Source of the DNA: an uncultured Pelagibacteraceae bacterium
GTDB taxonomy: Bacteria > Pseudomonadota > Alphaproteobacteria > Pelagibacterales > AG-422-B15
Assembly (NCBI GenBank): GCA_902578305.1
Contig: CACHCK010000001.1
Location: 73,862-137,861 of the forward strand
Direction of reading: 5' to 3'
Length of the DNA: 64,000 nucleotides
This document shows positions 9,955 to 20,877 of this stretch, piece by piece. The position numbers and the translations under genes were made by a program. The stretch's first letter is position 1. Every line of letters begins with the position of its first letter. The notes beneath the pieces were generated by a model that did not search any database, was not told where the DNA came from, and worked only from the letters and a program-made list of their open reading frames with translations.

Positions 9955-11214
9955 ATGAGCGAAAATTATGCACCTAAATCAGCTGTTGGAAGATGGTTTA
10001 ATGACCGTTTACCACTTTTAAACTTAATTTATGGACATTTACTTCCATATCCAACGCCGAAAAATTTAAATTATTGGTGGACATTTGGTGGAATTTTAAC
10101 TTTTTGTCTTATTACCCAAATAATTACAGGACTTGTCCTAGCAATGCACTATGTTGCTGACGCCGACTTAGCTTTTGCAAGTGTAGAGCATATAATGAGA
10201 GATGTTAATTATGGGTGGTTATTAAGATACATACATGCAAACGGTGCATCACTATTTTTTATGGCGGTGTATATTCATATGGCAAGATCTCTATTTTACG
10301 GCTCATATAAAGAACCAAGAGAATTAATCTGGATAATTGGTGTGTTTATATTTTTACTCATGATTGCTACTGCTTTTATGGGGTATGTGCTTCCGTGGGG
10401 CCAAATGAGTTTCTGGGGAGCTACAGTTATAACAAATTTATTCAGTGCAATTCCTTTGGTAGGTGAGTCAGTAACTAACTGGTTGTGGGGAGGTTATGCT
10501 GTTGGTAGCCCACTTTTAACTAGGTTTTTCACATTACATTACCTGATGCCTTTCCTGATTTTTGCCCTAGTTATACTTCATGTTTGGGCACTACATGTAC
10601 CTGGTAATAATAATCCTGAGGGTATTAATGTTGTTCAAGGCTCTCAAGATACAGTTCCTTTCCATCCTCATTACGTTGTAAAAGATATGTTTGCACTTGT
10701 TGTATTCTTAGTTGTATTCGCGGGCTTTGTATTCTTTGTCCCTAATTTACTTGGACATACTGACAACTATATTGAAGCTAATCCTTTGCAAACTCCGGAA
10801 CATATTGTCCCAGAATGGTATTTTCTTCCATTCTATGCAATCTTGAGATCTGTACCAGATAAACTTGGCGGAGTAATTTTAATGGTTTCTGCAATTGCTA
10901 TTTTAGCATTCTTACCTTGGCTGGATACTTCAAAAGTTAGGTCAGCAAAATACAGACCTCTCTATAGACAGTTTGTATGGCTTTTCTTTGCTAATGTAAT
11001 ATTGCTTGGTTATTTAGGGGCTCAGACTGCTGATGGTCTATTTCTGATTATTGGACGAATTGCTACCGCTTATTATTTTGCTCATTTTATAATTATTTTA
11101 CCTCTACTTGGCTATATTGAAAAAACCAAACCTTTGCCTAAGAGCTTGAGTGAGCCTGTTCTTTCTCCCGAGGAAAGACAGATGAAGGCCGCTGCCTCTG
11201 GAGCCAGTGCTTAG
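9955..11214 (+). CDS. petB: Cytochrome b
   Basis: [29 protein letters not shown]. Confidence 0.98.
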   Translation: MSENYAPKSAVGRWFNDRLPLLNLIYGHLLPYPTPKNLNYWWTFGGILTFCLITQIITGLVLAMHYVADADLAFASVEHIMRDVNYGWLLRYIHANGASLFFMAVYIHMARSLFYGSYKEPRELIWIIGVFIFLLMIATAFMGYVLPWGQMSFWGATVITNLFSAIPLVGESVTNWLWGGYAVGSPLLTRFFTLHYLMPFLIFALVILHVWALHVPGNNNPEGINVVQGSQDTVPFHPHYVVKDMFALVVFLVVFAGFVFFVPNLLGHTDNYIEANPLQTPEHIVPEWYFLPFYAILRSVPDKLGGVILMVSAIAILAFLPWLDTSKVRSAKYRPLYRQFVWLFFANVILLGYLGAQTADGLFLIIGRIATAYYFAHFIIILPLLGYIEKTKPLPKSLSEPVLSPEERQMKAAASGASA

Positions 11215-11224
11215 CTATTGATAT

Positions 11225-12001
11225 ATGAAATTTATCATAAATTTATTTGTATCTTTCTCATTGCTACTGAGCTTTAGCTTTACTCAATTACATGCTGCTG
11301 GTGAAATGAAAGAGCCTATGCATCCTGATTGGTCATTTGAAGGACCATTAGGAAAATTTGAGAGAGCGTCGCTTCAAAGAGGGTATCAAGTTTATACCGA
11401 AGTCTGTTCAGGATGTCATTCAATGAACCTTTTAAGTTATAGAAATCTAATTGAAGAGGGTGGCCCTGAATTCAGCGAGTCTCAAGCTAAAGCAATGGCA
11501 GCAGCATTTGAAGTAAAAGCTGCTCCAAATGCCGATGGAGAAGTTGAAATGCGTCCTGCAATATTATCTGACAAGTTTGTTAGCCCATATGAGAATGAAC
11601 AACAGGGAAGAGCTGCAAACGGCGGTGCTTATCCGCCAGATTTATCTGTAATGGTTAAAGCACGACATGGTGGAGCAGACTATTTGTACTCTTTATTGTT
11701 GGGTTATGTTGATGCACCAAGTGATATTAAACTCGATGATGGCGTTTATTACAATGAGTACGCAAAAGGCCAAAAAATAGCGATGCCTCAAGTATTGTAT
11801 GAGGATGCTGTAGTTTACACAGACGGAACAACTGCAACGCCAGAACAAATGGCACGTGACGTCACAATGTTTCTTACTTGGGCAGCAGAACCAAAGCTAG
11901 AGGCGAGAAAAAGAATCGGTTTTAAGGTAATTTCATACTTATTAATTCTTTCTGTATTACTCTACTTTACTAATCGACAAATTTGGAAAGATACTCATTA
12001 G
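11225..12001 (+). CDS. petC: Cytochrome c1
   Basis: Signal peptide, CSGCH heme motif, PPDLS, IAMPQ, C-terminal TM helix. Confidence 0.97.
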   Translation: MKFIINLFVSFSLLLSFSFTQLHAAGEMKEPMHPDWSFEGPLGKFERASLQRGYQVYTEVCSGCHSMNLLSYRNLIEEGGPEFSESQAKAMAAAFEVKAAPNADGEVEMRPAILSDKFVSPYENEQQGRAANGGAYPPDLSVMVKARHGGADYLYSLLLGYVDAPSDIKLDDGVYYNEYAKGQKIAMPQVLYEDAVVYTDGTTATPEQMARDVTMFLTWAAEPKLEARKRIGFKVISYLLILSVLLYFTNRQIWKDTH

Positions 12002-12069
12002 TTTATTTCCTAAAAACAATTGATTTTCAATTATTTAAAAAAATCATTTTAAGTAAATTATTAGTATCC

Positions 12070-12078
12070 TTATCCACA
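12070..12078 (+). promoter_or_regulatory. Single perfect DnaA box (TTATCCACA)
   Basis: Exact consensus 9-mer in the petC-permease intergenic region; function unproven. Confidence 0.35.
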
Positions 12079-12150
12079 GAAACATTTTATCGATCTCGAT
12101 TACTTCATTTTGGTAATGTAAATTAAACTCTTACTAAACGGAGGAATTTA

Positions 12151-13440
12151 ATGTTAGAAAATATTTTTAAATTAAAAGAGAACGGTACCAGTGTAAAAAC
12201 TGAGTTGCTGGCAGGTTTAGCCACGTTCTTAACAATGGCATATATTATTGTCGTTAATCCAGCCATCTTATCTACTGAGGGAACTGGTATGGATTTTGGC
12301 GGTGTATTTGTTGCTACAATCATAGCTGCTGTAGTTGGCTGTTTAATAATGGGCCTATGGGCGAATTGGCCGATTGCCCTAGCGCCTGGTATGGGTTTAA
12401 ACGCTTTCTTTGCTTTTGGAGTTGTATTTGGAATGGGTTATACTTACCAGCAGGCTCTTGCTGCAGTGTTTATTGCAGGGATAGTGTTTTTAATTTTATC
12501 TGTAACACCAGCACGTCAGTGGATAATAAATAGCATACCTAAAAGTATGAAGTTTGGCGTAGGGGCGGGCATAGGCTTGTTCTTAGCAATTATAGGATTA
12601 AAAAATGCTGGTGTGGTTGTTGATAATCCCGCAACTCTAGTTGGTTTAGGTGATGTAAGTTCAATGCCTGTAATATTAGCTGCTGTCGGATTCGCAATTA
12701 TGGCAATTTTAGATAAGCGCGGTGTTCCAGGATCAATCATCATAGGTATACTTGCAGTAAGTATTATTGCTTGGGTAAGCGGTGTAAGCGCAATTGATGG
12801 AGTTGTGGGATCAGTTCCACCAGCTGTTCATGCGTTCTCAATGGACTTTAGTCTTGTAGCAACAGCAGGTTTTATTGGTGTTGCGTTTGCTTTTCTTTTT
12901 GTAGACTTTTTCGATACCGCTGGAACTCTTACTTCAGTTGCCAATTTAACTGGCAAAGTTGACCAAGACGGAAACGTTGATGGGATAGGTAGAGCAGTTT
13001 TAGCAGACTCCACTGCTACAACAATAGGTGCATTAGTTGGAACTTCCAATACTACATCATACATTGAATCCGGGGCCGGTGTCAAAGAGGGAGGGCGAAC
13101 AGGACTTACAGCGGTTGCTGTGGCAGTTCTATTTGCAATCTGTTTGTTTTTAGCACCATTAGCTCAAAGTATTCCTGCGTTTGCAACTGCTCCAGCTCTA
13201 GTATTTGTTGCAACATTCTTTTTGAAAAACCTAAGGGATATAGAATGGGATGACGTCAGTGAATATGCTCCAGCAGTTTTAGCGGCAGTTTTGATGCCTC
13301 TTACATTCAGTATTGCTCATGGGATTGCACTTGGTTTTATAGCATACGTTGTAATTAAAGCACTAAGTGGCAGACACGAGGATCTAAATGCTGGTTCGAT
13401 AGTAATTGGAGTATTATCGGTACTATACTTTATCTTCTAA
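12151..13440 (+). CDS. NCS2/AzgA-family purine (adenine/guanine/hypoxanthine) permease
   Basis: TFLTMAYII, APGMGLNAFF, DFFDTAGT, YIESGAGV, GGRTGLTA; strong GGAGG RBS. Confidence 0.93.
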   Translation: MLENIFKLKENGTSVKTELLAGLATFLTMAYIIVVNPAILSTEGTGMDFGGVFVATIIAAVVGCLIMGLWANWPIALAPGMGLNAFFAFGVVFGMGYTYQQALAAVFIAGIVFLILSVTPARQWIINSIPKSMKFGVGAGIGLFLAIIGLKNAGVVVDNPATLVGLGDVSSMPVILAAVGFAIMAILDKRGVPGSIIIGILAVSIIAWVSGVSAIDGVVGSVPPAVHAFSMDFSLVATAGFIGVAFAFLFVDFFDTAGTLTSVANLTGKVDQDGNVDGIGRAVLADSTATTIGALVGTSNTTSYIESGAGVKEGGRTGLTAVAVAVLFAICLFLAPLAQSIPAFATAPALVFVATFFLKNLRDIEWDDVSEYAPAVLAAVLMPLTFSIAHGIALGFIAYVVIKALSGRHEDLNAGSIVIGVLSVLYFIF

Positions 13441-13445
13441 TTTAG

Positions 13446-13892
13446 TTAATGATTGGCTTTGTCTTCCTCATCCCAGGGGAAGACAGGCCAAGTATCTTGT
13501 GTAATTTCCTCAACATATGTATCAGCTAGAGGCAGACCTCTTGGTTTTGCATATATTACAGCTAAGTGCATATTAGGCATGTACTCCTTTAGCGCTTTAG
13601 CAGTACCGCCCTTATCAACAATATCATCTATGACGAGCACAACCTCATCAGTTTTCGGAGCCCTATGAACAATTGCTTTTCCAGCCTCTCTATGGATATA
13701 ACTTTGTATGGAAACAATATCTACGTCCTGAATTCCAAGAGTGTAAGCGACAACTGACGCAGGTACAAATCCACCCCGAGAGACAACAACCATTTTATCA
13801 AAATTAATATTTTTTTCTTTTATGAGATGCGCAAGCTTAACTGCTTTTTTGTGCATTTCTTCATATGTAGGAAATTCTAGTTTATGGTCCAT
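13446..13892 (-). CDS. gpt: Xanthine-guanine phosphoribosyltransferase
   Basis: VSRGG, PRPP loop VLVIDDIVDKGGT, YAKP, QDTWPVFPWD. Confidence 0.88.
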   Translation of the reverse strand: MDHKLEFPTYEEMHKKAVKLAHLIKEKNINFDKMVVVSRGGFVPASVVAYTLGIQDVDIVSIQSYIHREAGKAIVHRAPKTDEVVLVIDDIVDKGGTAKALKEYMPNMHLAVIYAKPRGLPLADTYVEEITQDTWPVFPWDEEDKANH

Positions 13893-13894
13893 GG

Positions 13895-14983
13895 TTAATT
13901 ATTAAATAAAAAATGCATTACGTCACCATCTTGTACTACATAATCCTTACCTTCGCTACGCATCTTTCCAAGTTCTTTTGCTTTTGACTCTCCTCCACAA
14001 TCTAAATAGTCTGTATATGATATAGTTTCAGCTCTAATGAAGCCTTTCTCAAAGTCTGTGTGGATTTTTCCTGCAGCTTTTGGTGCAGTAGTACCATTTT
14101 CAATCGTCCACGCCCTTGTCTCTTGTTCGCCAGCTGTGAAATAAGTAATTAAGTTAAGAGTCGAATATCCAGCTTTTATAACTTTATTCAAGCCAGACTC
14201 ATCTAATCCTAGACTTTCAAGATAATCTTTTTGATCGTCTTCATTTAAAGACGAGATTTGCGACTCTATTTCTGCTGAAATCTTAATTAATTTAGAATTC
14301 AGAAAATTTTCAATTTTTAAAGTTAGTTCATTACCTTCAATTATTGAATTTTCATCAACATTACATACATAAATTGTTGGCTTTATTGTTATTAAGTTGA
14401 ACTCTTTTATTTGTGCGAATATTTCATTTAAATTCTTCATTAAAATAGCAGGCTGACCTAATTCCAAGTGTTTAAGAAGAAGGTTCAAAGCCTCTGTTTT
14501 TAATTTCGCTTCTTTATCACCTTTTTTTACAAGTTTTTCTAATCCTTTATTTATTTTTTCGAGTTGTTCGATGTCGGATAGAACTAATTCAGTATTTATC
14601 GTTTCAATATCATCAACAGGATCAATTTTATTATTTACATGAGTAATATTGGTATCTTCAAAACAGCGTACCACATGGATAACTGCATCTACTTCTCTAA
14701 TATGAGACAAAAATTTATTACCAAGTCCTTCTCCTTTAGAAGCACCTTTAACTAAACCCGCTATATCGTAAAAACTAAGAGATGTTGGTATTGTTTTTTT
14801 TGATTTTGCTAAATTTGATAGAGTTTCTACTCTTGCATCAGGCACTATTACAGTACCCTCATTTGGTTCAATGGTACAAAAAGGGTAGTTTGCTGCTTCA
14901 GCGGCTATTTTCTTTGTTAATGCGTTAAACAATGTTGATTTTCCAACATTTGGCAATCCAACAATTCCACACTTAAATCCCAT
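13895..14983 (-). CDS. ychF: Redox-regulated ATPase YchF
   Basis: GIVGLPNVGKSTLFNALT, NYPFCTIEPN, DIAGLVKGAS. Confidence 0.98.
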   Translation of the reverse strand: MGFKCGIVGLPNVGKSTLFNALTKKIAAEAANYPFCTIEPNEGTVIVPDARVETLSNLAKSKKTIPTSLSFYDIAGLVKGASKGEGLGNKFLSHIREVDAVIHVVRCFEDTNITHVNNKIDPVDDIETINTELVLSDIEQLEKINKGLEKLVKKGDKEAKLKTEALNLLLKHLELGQPAILMKNLNEIFAQIKEFNLITIKPTIYVCNVDENSIIEGNELTLKIENFLNSKLIKISAEIESQISSLNEDDQKDYLESLGLDESGLNKVIKAGYSTLNLITYFTAGEQETRAWTIENGTTAPKAAGKIHTDFEKGFIRAETISYTDYLDCGGESKAKELGKMRSEGKDYVVQDGDVMHFLFNN

Positions 14984-14989
14984 GATCGA

Positions 14990-15544
14990 TTATTTTAAAT
15001 TGTTAATAAATTTGGATTTTTCTCCATCCAATAATATTTTTATATTTTCAGACATTTTAACATTTAATTCATTAATAACTTCTAACTCACTTTTTTTAAA
15101 ATTACTTAATACATGTTTATTAACCATTTCTTTATTGCCCGGATGATTTATACCTATTCTTATTCTATTATAATTTTTTCCAATTTTACTATCTATTGAT
15201 TTGAGCCCATTATGACCTGCGGAAGAACCCCCCAACTTGATTTTCATTTTTCCTAAAGTTATATCTAGATCATCATGAATAACATAAGTTAAATTTGATT
15301 TAATTTTGAAAAAGTTTAAAAAAGTTGCAATACTTTTACCACACTCATTCATATAATCATTGGATTTAAAGGTGTATATTTTTTTCTTTCCAATAAGAAA
15401 CGATGCCAACTCCCCATCAAATTTCTTTTCGCTCATTACATCATCATGATCTTTTAAAAGTTGATCGATAAATAAATAGCCAACATTATGTCTATTATTT
15501 TTATGCTTTGTGCCAGGATTCCCTAATCCGATTAATGCAATCAT
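14990..15544 (-). CDS. pth: Peptidyl-tRNA hydrolase
   Basis: GLGNPG, NRHNVG, HDDLD, GHNGLKS. Confidence 0.97.
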   Translation of the reverse strand: MIALIGLGNPGTKHKNNRHNVGYLFIDQLLKDHDDVMSEKKFDGELASFLIGKKKIYTFKSNDYMNECGKSIATFLNFFKIKSNLTYVIHDDLDITLGKMKIKLGGSSAGHNGLKSIDSKIGKNYNRIRIGINHPGNKEMVNKHVLSNFKKSELEVINELNVKMSENIKILLDGEKSKFINNLK

Positions 15545-15589
15545 ATGATTGAAGATATATAAATATCAAAATAGGTAAAAGAAAAAGTG

Positions 15590-16291
15590 TTATTCTTTAT
15601 CTTTGTTTTCTTCTTTGTTATCAGCCTCTGGAGCTGCATCTTTTTTATCTTCAGCAGCGGTATCACCCTCAGTAGCTTCACCTTCAGCAGCCTCACCTTC
15701 TGCAGGAGCTTCAGGTTCTTTTACAACAGTAGGTGCAGCAACAGATGCTACAGTGAAATCTCTATCACTAATTGTTGGAGAAATTCCATCACCTAAATTT
15801 GCTGCAGAAATTCTGATTGTGTCACCTATTTCTAAACCCTCTAGATCGAAAACTATCTCTTCAGGTATATTATTAGCAGGGCAACTTAGTTGAACAGTAC
15901 GTCTATTAACATTTAAAACACCGCCTCGTTTTAATCCAGGTGATAACTCTTCATTTATAAACCTAGTAGGGATGTCTAAAGTAATTTTTGAGTCTGCAGC
16001 TAGTCTTAAAAAATCAATGTGTATAGGTTGATCAGAAAGTGGATCAAATTGAACCTCTCTTGGAATTGCTAAGCTTTTCTTTCCATCAATGTTAAGTGAA
16101 AATATTCTAGTTAGGAAACCACCAGAATTGATCTCTTTTTGAACTGTAATCTTATCTAATGAAATATTTACAGGGTTTTCACCTAAACCATACATAACCG
16201 AAGGAACCTTACCTGCAGCTAGTACTTTTTTTACAGCAGATTTACCAGATCCATCCCTGATTTCAGCATTTAAATTACTTTCTTTGCTCAT
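15590..16291 (-). CDS. rplY: 50S ribosomal protein L25/Ctc
   Basis: GKVPSVMYG, HIDFLR, SPGLKRGGVL; acidic C-terminal tail. Confidence 0.96.
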   Translation of the reverse strand: MSKESNLNAEIRDGSGKSAVKKVLAAGKVPSVMYGLGENPVNISLDKITVQKEINSGGFLTRIFSLNIDGKKSLAIPREVQFDPLSDQPIHIDFLRLAADSKITLDIPTRFINEELSPGLKRGGVLNVNRRTVQLSCPANNIPEEIVFDLEGLEIGDTIRISAANLGDGISPTISDRDFTVASVAAPTVVKEPEAPAEGEAAEGEATEGDTAAEDKKDAAPEADNKEENKDKE

Positions 16292-16342
16292 AACGATGAG
16301 GTTGGTATTAAATTAAAATTACGTATATGGCAAGTATATAAA

Positions 16343-17278
16343 TCAAAATTCAAATAGACTTGATACTGAGCTCGCCTCGGATATCCTCTTAATTGCCTCA
16401 CCCAATAAATCTGAGATACTAATCGACCTAATTTTCTCACAAGCTTTTAATTTTTCCTTATTATTGATTGAATCTGTAATTACTAGCTCAGTCAATTTTG
16501 ATGCACTAATTTTCTCTAAGGCCTTACCTGTTAATACTCCGTGCGTAACATATGAAGTGATACTATTGGCTCCTAAATCTATAATTTTGTCAGCTGCATT
16601 ACAAATTGTTCCCGCTGAGTCAATGATATCATCTAGAATAATACAATCTTTTCCTTTTACGTCTCCAATGATATTCATTACTTCACTTTCACCTGCTCTG
16701 GGTCTTCTTTTATCAACAATAGCAATTGAGGCTCCGATCTTATTTGCAATCGCTCTTGCCCTCACAACTCCACCAATATCAGGAGAAACTGCAACTAGAT
16801 TACTAATTTCATATTTTTCTTTTATGTCTTTTGAAAAAACTGGACCTGCAAATAAATTATCTGTTGGTATGTCAAAAAATCCTTGTATCTGTTCAGCATG
16901 AAGATCTAAAGTAAGTACTCTGTCTGCCCCAGCAGTTGTTATTAAATTTGCAACTAATTTTGCTGAGATAGGAGTTCTTGGCCCTGGTTTTCTATCTTGA
17001 CGTGCATATCCATAATAAGGGATCACAGCAGTAATCCTTTTTGCTGAAGCTCTTTTAAGTGCATCTATCATCACCAGTAGCTCCATAATATTGTCATTTG
17101 CTGGGTAAGATAGAGACTCCATTACAAATACATCCTCACCACGAATGTTCTCTTTAATTTCTACATAAACTTCATCATCAGCAAATCTTGTAATAGAAGC
17201 ATTTGTAAGGTTTTCGCCAAGATATTCTGCGACGCTCTTAGATAAAGGTAAATTGCTGTTTCCTGCAATAATTCTCAT
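16343..17278 (-). CDS. prs: Ribose-phosphate pyrophosphokinase
   Basis: [38 protein letters not shown]. Confidence 0.98.
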   Translation of the reverse strand: MRIIAGNSNLPLSKSVAEYLGENLTNASITRFADDEVYVEIKENIRGEDVFVMESLSYPANDNIMELLVMIDALKRASAKRITAVIPYYGYARQDRKPGPRTPISAKLVANLITTAGADRVLTLDLHAEQIQGFFDIPTDNLFAGPVFSKDIKEKYEISNLVAVSPDIGGVVRARAIANKIGASIAIVDKRRPRAGESEVMNIIGDVKGKDCIILDDIIDSAGTICNAADKIIDLGANSITSYVTHGVLTGKALEKISASKLTELVITDSINNKEKLKACEKIRSISISDLLGEAIKRISEASSVSSLFEF

Positions 17279-17280
17279 AT

Positions 17281-18036
17281 TTATCTGTCTTTTATAACAA
17301 TTGTTGAAATCATTCTACCATAATCGGTTATATTTTTTTTATAATTTCTTCGATAGCTAAAACATAATGTTTCTTCGCTGAAAGTATCGACATCAACAAT
17401 CTCGTGGTTAGTAATTTGCTCATCAGAAAGTATCTTGAGAATGAATTCAGTAAGCGAAAACAGATATCTATCATTATGATTTTTTTGAAAAAATCTTGCA
17501 TTATCTTGATCTTGTCTAATAAAGTTTTTGTAAAAAGGTAATCTTACCTCATAGGATTTTTGTCTTATACATGGGCCAATACTGCAGCGTATATTATCTC
17601 TCTTTCCGCCCAGCTTAGTTATTTGTAAAATTGTATTTTGAATTATGCCATTCAAGGCACCTTTCCAGCCTGCGTGACAAGCTCCTATTATTTCATTTTT
17701 CACTTCATAAAATAATAATGGAGCACAATCAGCCGTTAATACAGATAAGATTTTATTATTTTCTTTAGTTACAATCCCGTCACATTTTAAAATTTCAGAC
17801 TTATTGCTGCTATCTAAAACTATTGCATTAGAAGAGTGTGTTTGATGCATCGTAATAATATTGGACTTTTTTAAACCGTAATATCTAGAAATAGCGACTA
17901 AATTTTCTTCAATTGCAACATTCTCATCTTTTGACCCTTTTCCACAATTTAATGATTTATATCTTCCTTGCGAAACACCACCCAATCTTGAAAAGAAACA
18001 ATGATCTATATTTGAGAGATTTTTTGTAAAAAACAT
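17281..18036 (-). CDS. pgeF: Peptidoglycan editing factor PgeF/YfiH (purine nucleoside phosphorylase-like)
   Basis: [28 protein letters not shown]. Confidence 0.93.
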   Translation of the reverse strand: MFFTKNLSNIDHCFFSRLGGVSQGRYKSLNCGKGSKDENVAIEENLVAISRYYGLKKSNIITMHQTHSSNAIVLDSSNKSEILKCDGIVTKENNKILSVLTADCAPLLFYEVKNEIIGACHAGWKGALNGIIQNTILQITKLGGKRDNIRCSIGPCIRQKSYEVRLPFYKNFIRQDQDNARFFQKNHNDRYLFSLTEFILKILSDEQITNHEIVDVDTFSEETLCFSYRRNYKKNITDYGRMISTIVIKDR

Positions 18037-19064
18037 TAAATATTAATTTCCAACACTTTAAATAAATTTCCCATATATTCTCTTTTGGTAAGTATTGCCA
18101 ACTGTTCGTTTATTTGCTTTTCTTTCTTTGGGTTTTTCTTAATTAAGATATTAGCTCTATCTAAAATTCCATTTTGCTGAAGGAAATTAGATTGAGTATT
18201 TATTATAAAGTCATCAATTTTATTTTCTTCTAAAATATTTTGCAGATTATTAAAGTCTACATGATATGTGATATCTTGATTACCTGGGTTATCAAGAAAA
18301 TCAGTTTTTTTATTTGATTTGATTGACTGAAGTGTGCTTATCTTAGGTAGATTAATATATCCATAATCAATTAGTAAGAAAAAACCATTATTCATAAGCA
18401 AGAAATTGATCAATTCCCGAAAGATTAAATTAGTCTCAGGTGAAAATTCAATTACTTCAAGATGTTTAAGGTCTTGCATATTTTTTACAAATTTAGAAGT
18501 ATCTGGTCTCGGCTTAATAAAGTCAAATCTTAGACTATCCTTTTGATCCAATTTTATAACCGTTTCACAAATATTTCCATTCTTACTAACTAATTGGCGC
18601 GTAGGTATCGCATCAAAAAACTCATTTGCAATTATTATTGAAAATTCATTGGGGTATGAATTGAAATTTTTATGTATCTTACAATTAGGATAGGTATTTT
18701 TTAGATTTTGAATATAGAATTTATTAATTTCATTAAAGTGAATTGTATACTCGACATCTTCATCTAATAAAGCATTGAGTACTCTTGTAATATCGTTTAT
18801 CAGAGCGCCTCTTCCTGGTCCCAGTTCAATTAAATTAAACTTTTTTATGTTTTTTGTATGAATGAGATTTAATATTTTGACAGCAATTATTTCACCAAAC
18901 ATTTGAGATATTTCAGGCGCAGTAACAAAATCTCCATCCTTGCCTATAGCTTTGTTGGACGTATAGTATCCATGCTCTTCATCCCTTAACGAAATATTCA
19001 TAAAATCATCTAGATAGAGAAATGTACTTTCTTTTAAAGCATCGTAAATTTTATCTTGTATCAT
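18036..19064 (-). CDS. MidA/NDUFAF7-family SAM-dependent methyltransferase
   Basis: GDFVTAPEISQMFGE, ELGPGRG, ANEFFDAIP, DYG, DITYHVDF. Confidence 0.92.
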   Translation of the reverse strand: MIQDKIYDALKESTFLYLDDFMNISLRDEEHGYYTSNKAIGKDGDFVTAPEISQMFGEIIAVKILNLIHTKNIKKFNLIELGPGRGALINDITRVLNALLDEDVEYTIHFNEINKFYIQNLKNTYPNCKIHKNFNSYPNEFSIIIANEFFDAIPTRQLVSKNGNICETVIKLDQKDSLRFDFIKPRPDTSKFVKNMQDLKHLEVIEFSPETNLIFRELINFLLMNNGFFLLIDYGYINLPKISTLQSIKSNKKTDFLDNPGNQDITYHVDFNNLQNILEENKIDDFIINTQSNFLQQNGILDRANILIKKNPKKEKQINEQLAILTKREYMGNLFKVLEINI

Positions 19065-19863
19065 TTTTAACGCTTTTAATTACTAAAATTAAAATTCCAG
19101 CAAGAAACATTGGTAAAGATAATACCATGCCCATTGTGAGAAAATGATATACGAGTCCCAATTGAACATCGGGCTCGCGCGTAAATTCAACGGTAAATCG
19201 AAATAATCCATAAAGCATCAGAAAGACACCTGAAATTATTCCAGGGTTTTTAAGTTTTTTAAATTTAAAAATTAAAAAATTTAAAATTATAAATAATAAA
19301 AGTCCTTCTAAAAAAGCTTCATATAATTGACTTGGATGACGATACTGGTTGTCAGCGTTTGGAAATTTCATTCCAATAAGAAAATTTGAAGGTCTACCAA
19401 ATAATTCGCCATTAATGAAATTAGATATTCTGCCAAAAAATATTCCAACAGGAGCTGATACACATATCAAATCGCTTATTTCAAAAAAAGTAGTTTTATA
19501 GAGCTTTGAAATTATTATGGCGGCTGTAACAATTCCAAGCAAACCTCCGTGAAAGGATAAACCTCCTTGCCAAAGATATAATATCTCAATTAGATTTTCA
19601 GAGTAATAATCATAATTATAGAAAATCACATATCCCAATCGTGCCCCTATAATTAATCCAATTATTGAATAAAAAATCAGATCATCAATTAGTTTTTCAT
19701 TGATGCTATTACTATGAGAAACTGCTTTATTTGAAGCGAGATATTTAATGTATCTCCAAGCAAATATAAATCCTACAATATAAGCAAGTGAGTACCAACG
19801 GATATCAAGAGGACCGATCGAAAAAAAAACTGGACTAATAGATGGAAAACTAAGATAAATCAC
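19051..19863 (-). CDS. lgt: Prolipoprotein diacylglyceryl transferase
   Basis: WYSLAY, GARLGY, GGLSFHGG, GRISNFINGE, RHPSQLYE. Confidence 0.97.
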   Translation of the reverse strand: MIYLSFPSISPVFFSIGPLDIRWYSLAYIVGFIFAWRYIKYLASNKAVSHSNSINEKLIDDLIFYSIIGLIIGARLGYVIFYNYDYYSENLIEILYLWQGGLSFHGGLLGIVTAAIIISKLYKTTFFEISDLICVSAPVGIFFGRISNFINGELFGRPSNFLIGMKFPNADNQYRHPSQLYEAFLEGLLLFIILNFLIFKFKKLKNPGIISGVFLMLYGLFRFTVEFTREPDVQLGLVYHFLTMGMVLSLPMFLAGILILVIKSVKNDTR

Positions 19864-19904
19864 GTTAATTTTGAATAATATTTAAAATATACTTATCACT
19901 AATT

Positions 19905-20054
19905 ATGATCACAAGGAAAGTTTTAATTAATAAATTTGTTAACTTTGTTACAAAAGGCTTTGAGATTTCGCAAGCGATCAATGATGAATACAAAACAATA
20001 AAAAAGTTTAAAAAAGATAGAAATAATGCCAAAGAAAAAAAACACTGCAAGTAG
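19905..20054 (+). pseudogene. Short 49-aa ORF, possible truncated UbiK/BMFP-family remnant
   Basis: Manual translation: MITRKVLINKFVNFVTKGFEISQAINDEYKTIKKFKKDRNNAKEKKHCK*. Lies in the slot divergent from lgt and before proC, where ubiK usually sits in alphaproteobacteria. Confidence 0.4.
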
Positions 20055-20877
20055 TTTAAACAAAGAAAAATTTTTAATAATTGGCGCTGGTAATATGGGA
20101 ATTGCTGTGATCAAGTCTTTATTTAACCACCGAATTTCCTCAAAAAAAATCGTGGTTATTGAAAAGAATCAGTCAAGTGAATTGAAAAAATTAAAAAGAT
20201 CAAATAATTTTGAAATAAAAAATAGCATAGATAAAATTAATAATCTTTATCAACCTACAATCACACTTATTGCTGTTAAGCCTAATCAATTAAAAACACT
20301 GAATGGATTATATAAAGATAATAGACTTGGTAATTCAATTATAGTTTCCGTAGTTGCTGGTAAAAAAATAAAAGATTTAAATAAAGTCTTCAAAAAATCA
20401 TCAGGTATTGTAAGAGCTATGACTAACACCCCTGTATCTGTTAATATGGGTACCACAATTGTATATTTTGAGAGAAAAATAAAAACGAAACAAAAAAAAC
20501 CTATTTTTGATTTCATGTCCTTATTGGGGCAAGTCAGCGAAACCAAAAAAGAAGATTTAATTGATGATTTCACTGCAATTTTTGGGAGTGGTCCAGCATA
20601 CATATATCTTTTTATAAATTCTCTCATTGAGATAGCTAATAAATCGGGATTTAAAAATTCGGACAGTATGGTTTTACAGACTTTCTTAGGATCAATATTA
20701 CTTTTATTAAGTGGGCAAAAAAAGCCTTCTGATTTACAGAAAAAGGTGACAAGTAAGGGAGGCACCACTGAAGCAGCGCTGAGTATTCTTGCTTCCAATA
20801 AAGGATTAAAAAGTCTTCTTACAAGAGCTGTCAACAAAGCGACAAAAAGATCTAGAGAATTGAGTAAAATTTCTTAA
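20026..20877 (+). CDS. proC: Pyrroline-5-carboxylate reductase
   Basis: GAGNMG, AVKP, RAMTNTP, GSGPAY, VTSKGGTT. Confidence 0.95.
   Translation: MPKKKNTASSLNKEKFLIIGAGNMGIAVIKSLFNHRISSKKIVVIEKNQSSELKKLKRSNNFEIKNSIDKINNLYQPTITLIAVKPNQLKTLNGLYKDNRLGNSIIVSVVAGKKIKDLNKVFKKSSGIVRAMTNTPVSVNMGTTIVYFERKIKTKQKKPIFDFMSLLGQVSETKKEDLIDDFTAIFGSGPAYIYLFINSLIEIANKSGFKNSDSMVLQTFLGSILLLLSGQKKPSDLQKKVTSKGGTTEAALSILASNKGLKSLLTRAVNKATKRSRELSKIS

Noticed and set aside
12002-12150. Possible oriC or purine riboswitch
   Set aside because: Only one DnaA box and no box cluster; no purine-riboswitch core sequence or suitable stems seen
15590-15725. Low-complexity EGEAA repeats in the rplY tail
   Set aside because: Acidic Ala/Glu tails are common in Ctc-type L25 proteins
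18036-19064. Clustering of mitochondrial-protein homologs (NDUFAF7, ELM1, GDAP1-like) as a system
   Set aside because: The genes are far apart, and the first two are ordinary alphaproteobacterial genes in their usual neighbourhoods
20286-20837. 183-aa ORF antisense to proC, and similar ORFs antisense to prs (16464-16901), uvrB (29054-29503), ftsZ (60757-61242), rplY, the purine permease and mlaA
   Set aside because: They lie wholly opposite well-supported genes, have S/F/I/L-rich mirror-codon composition and show no recognisable motifs
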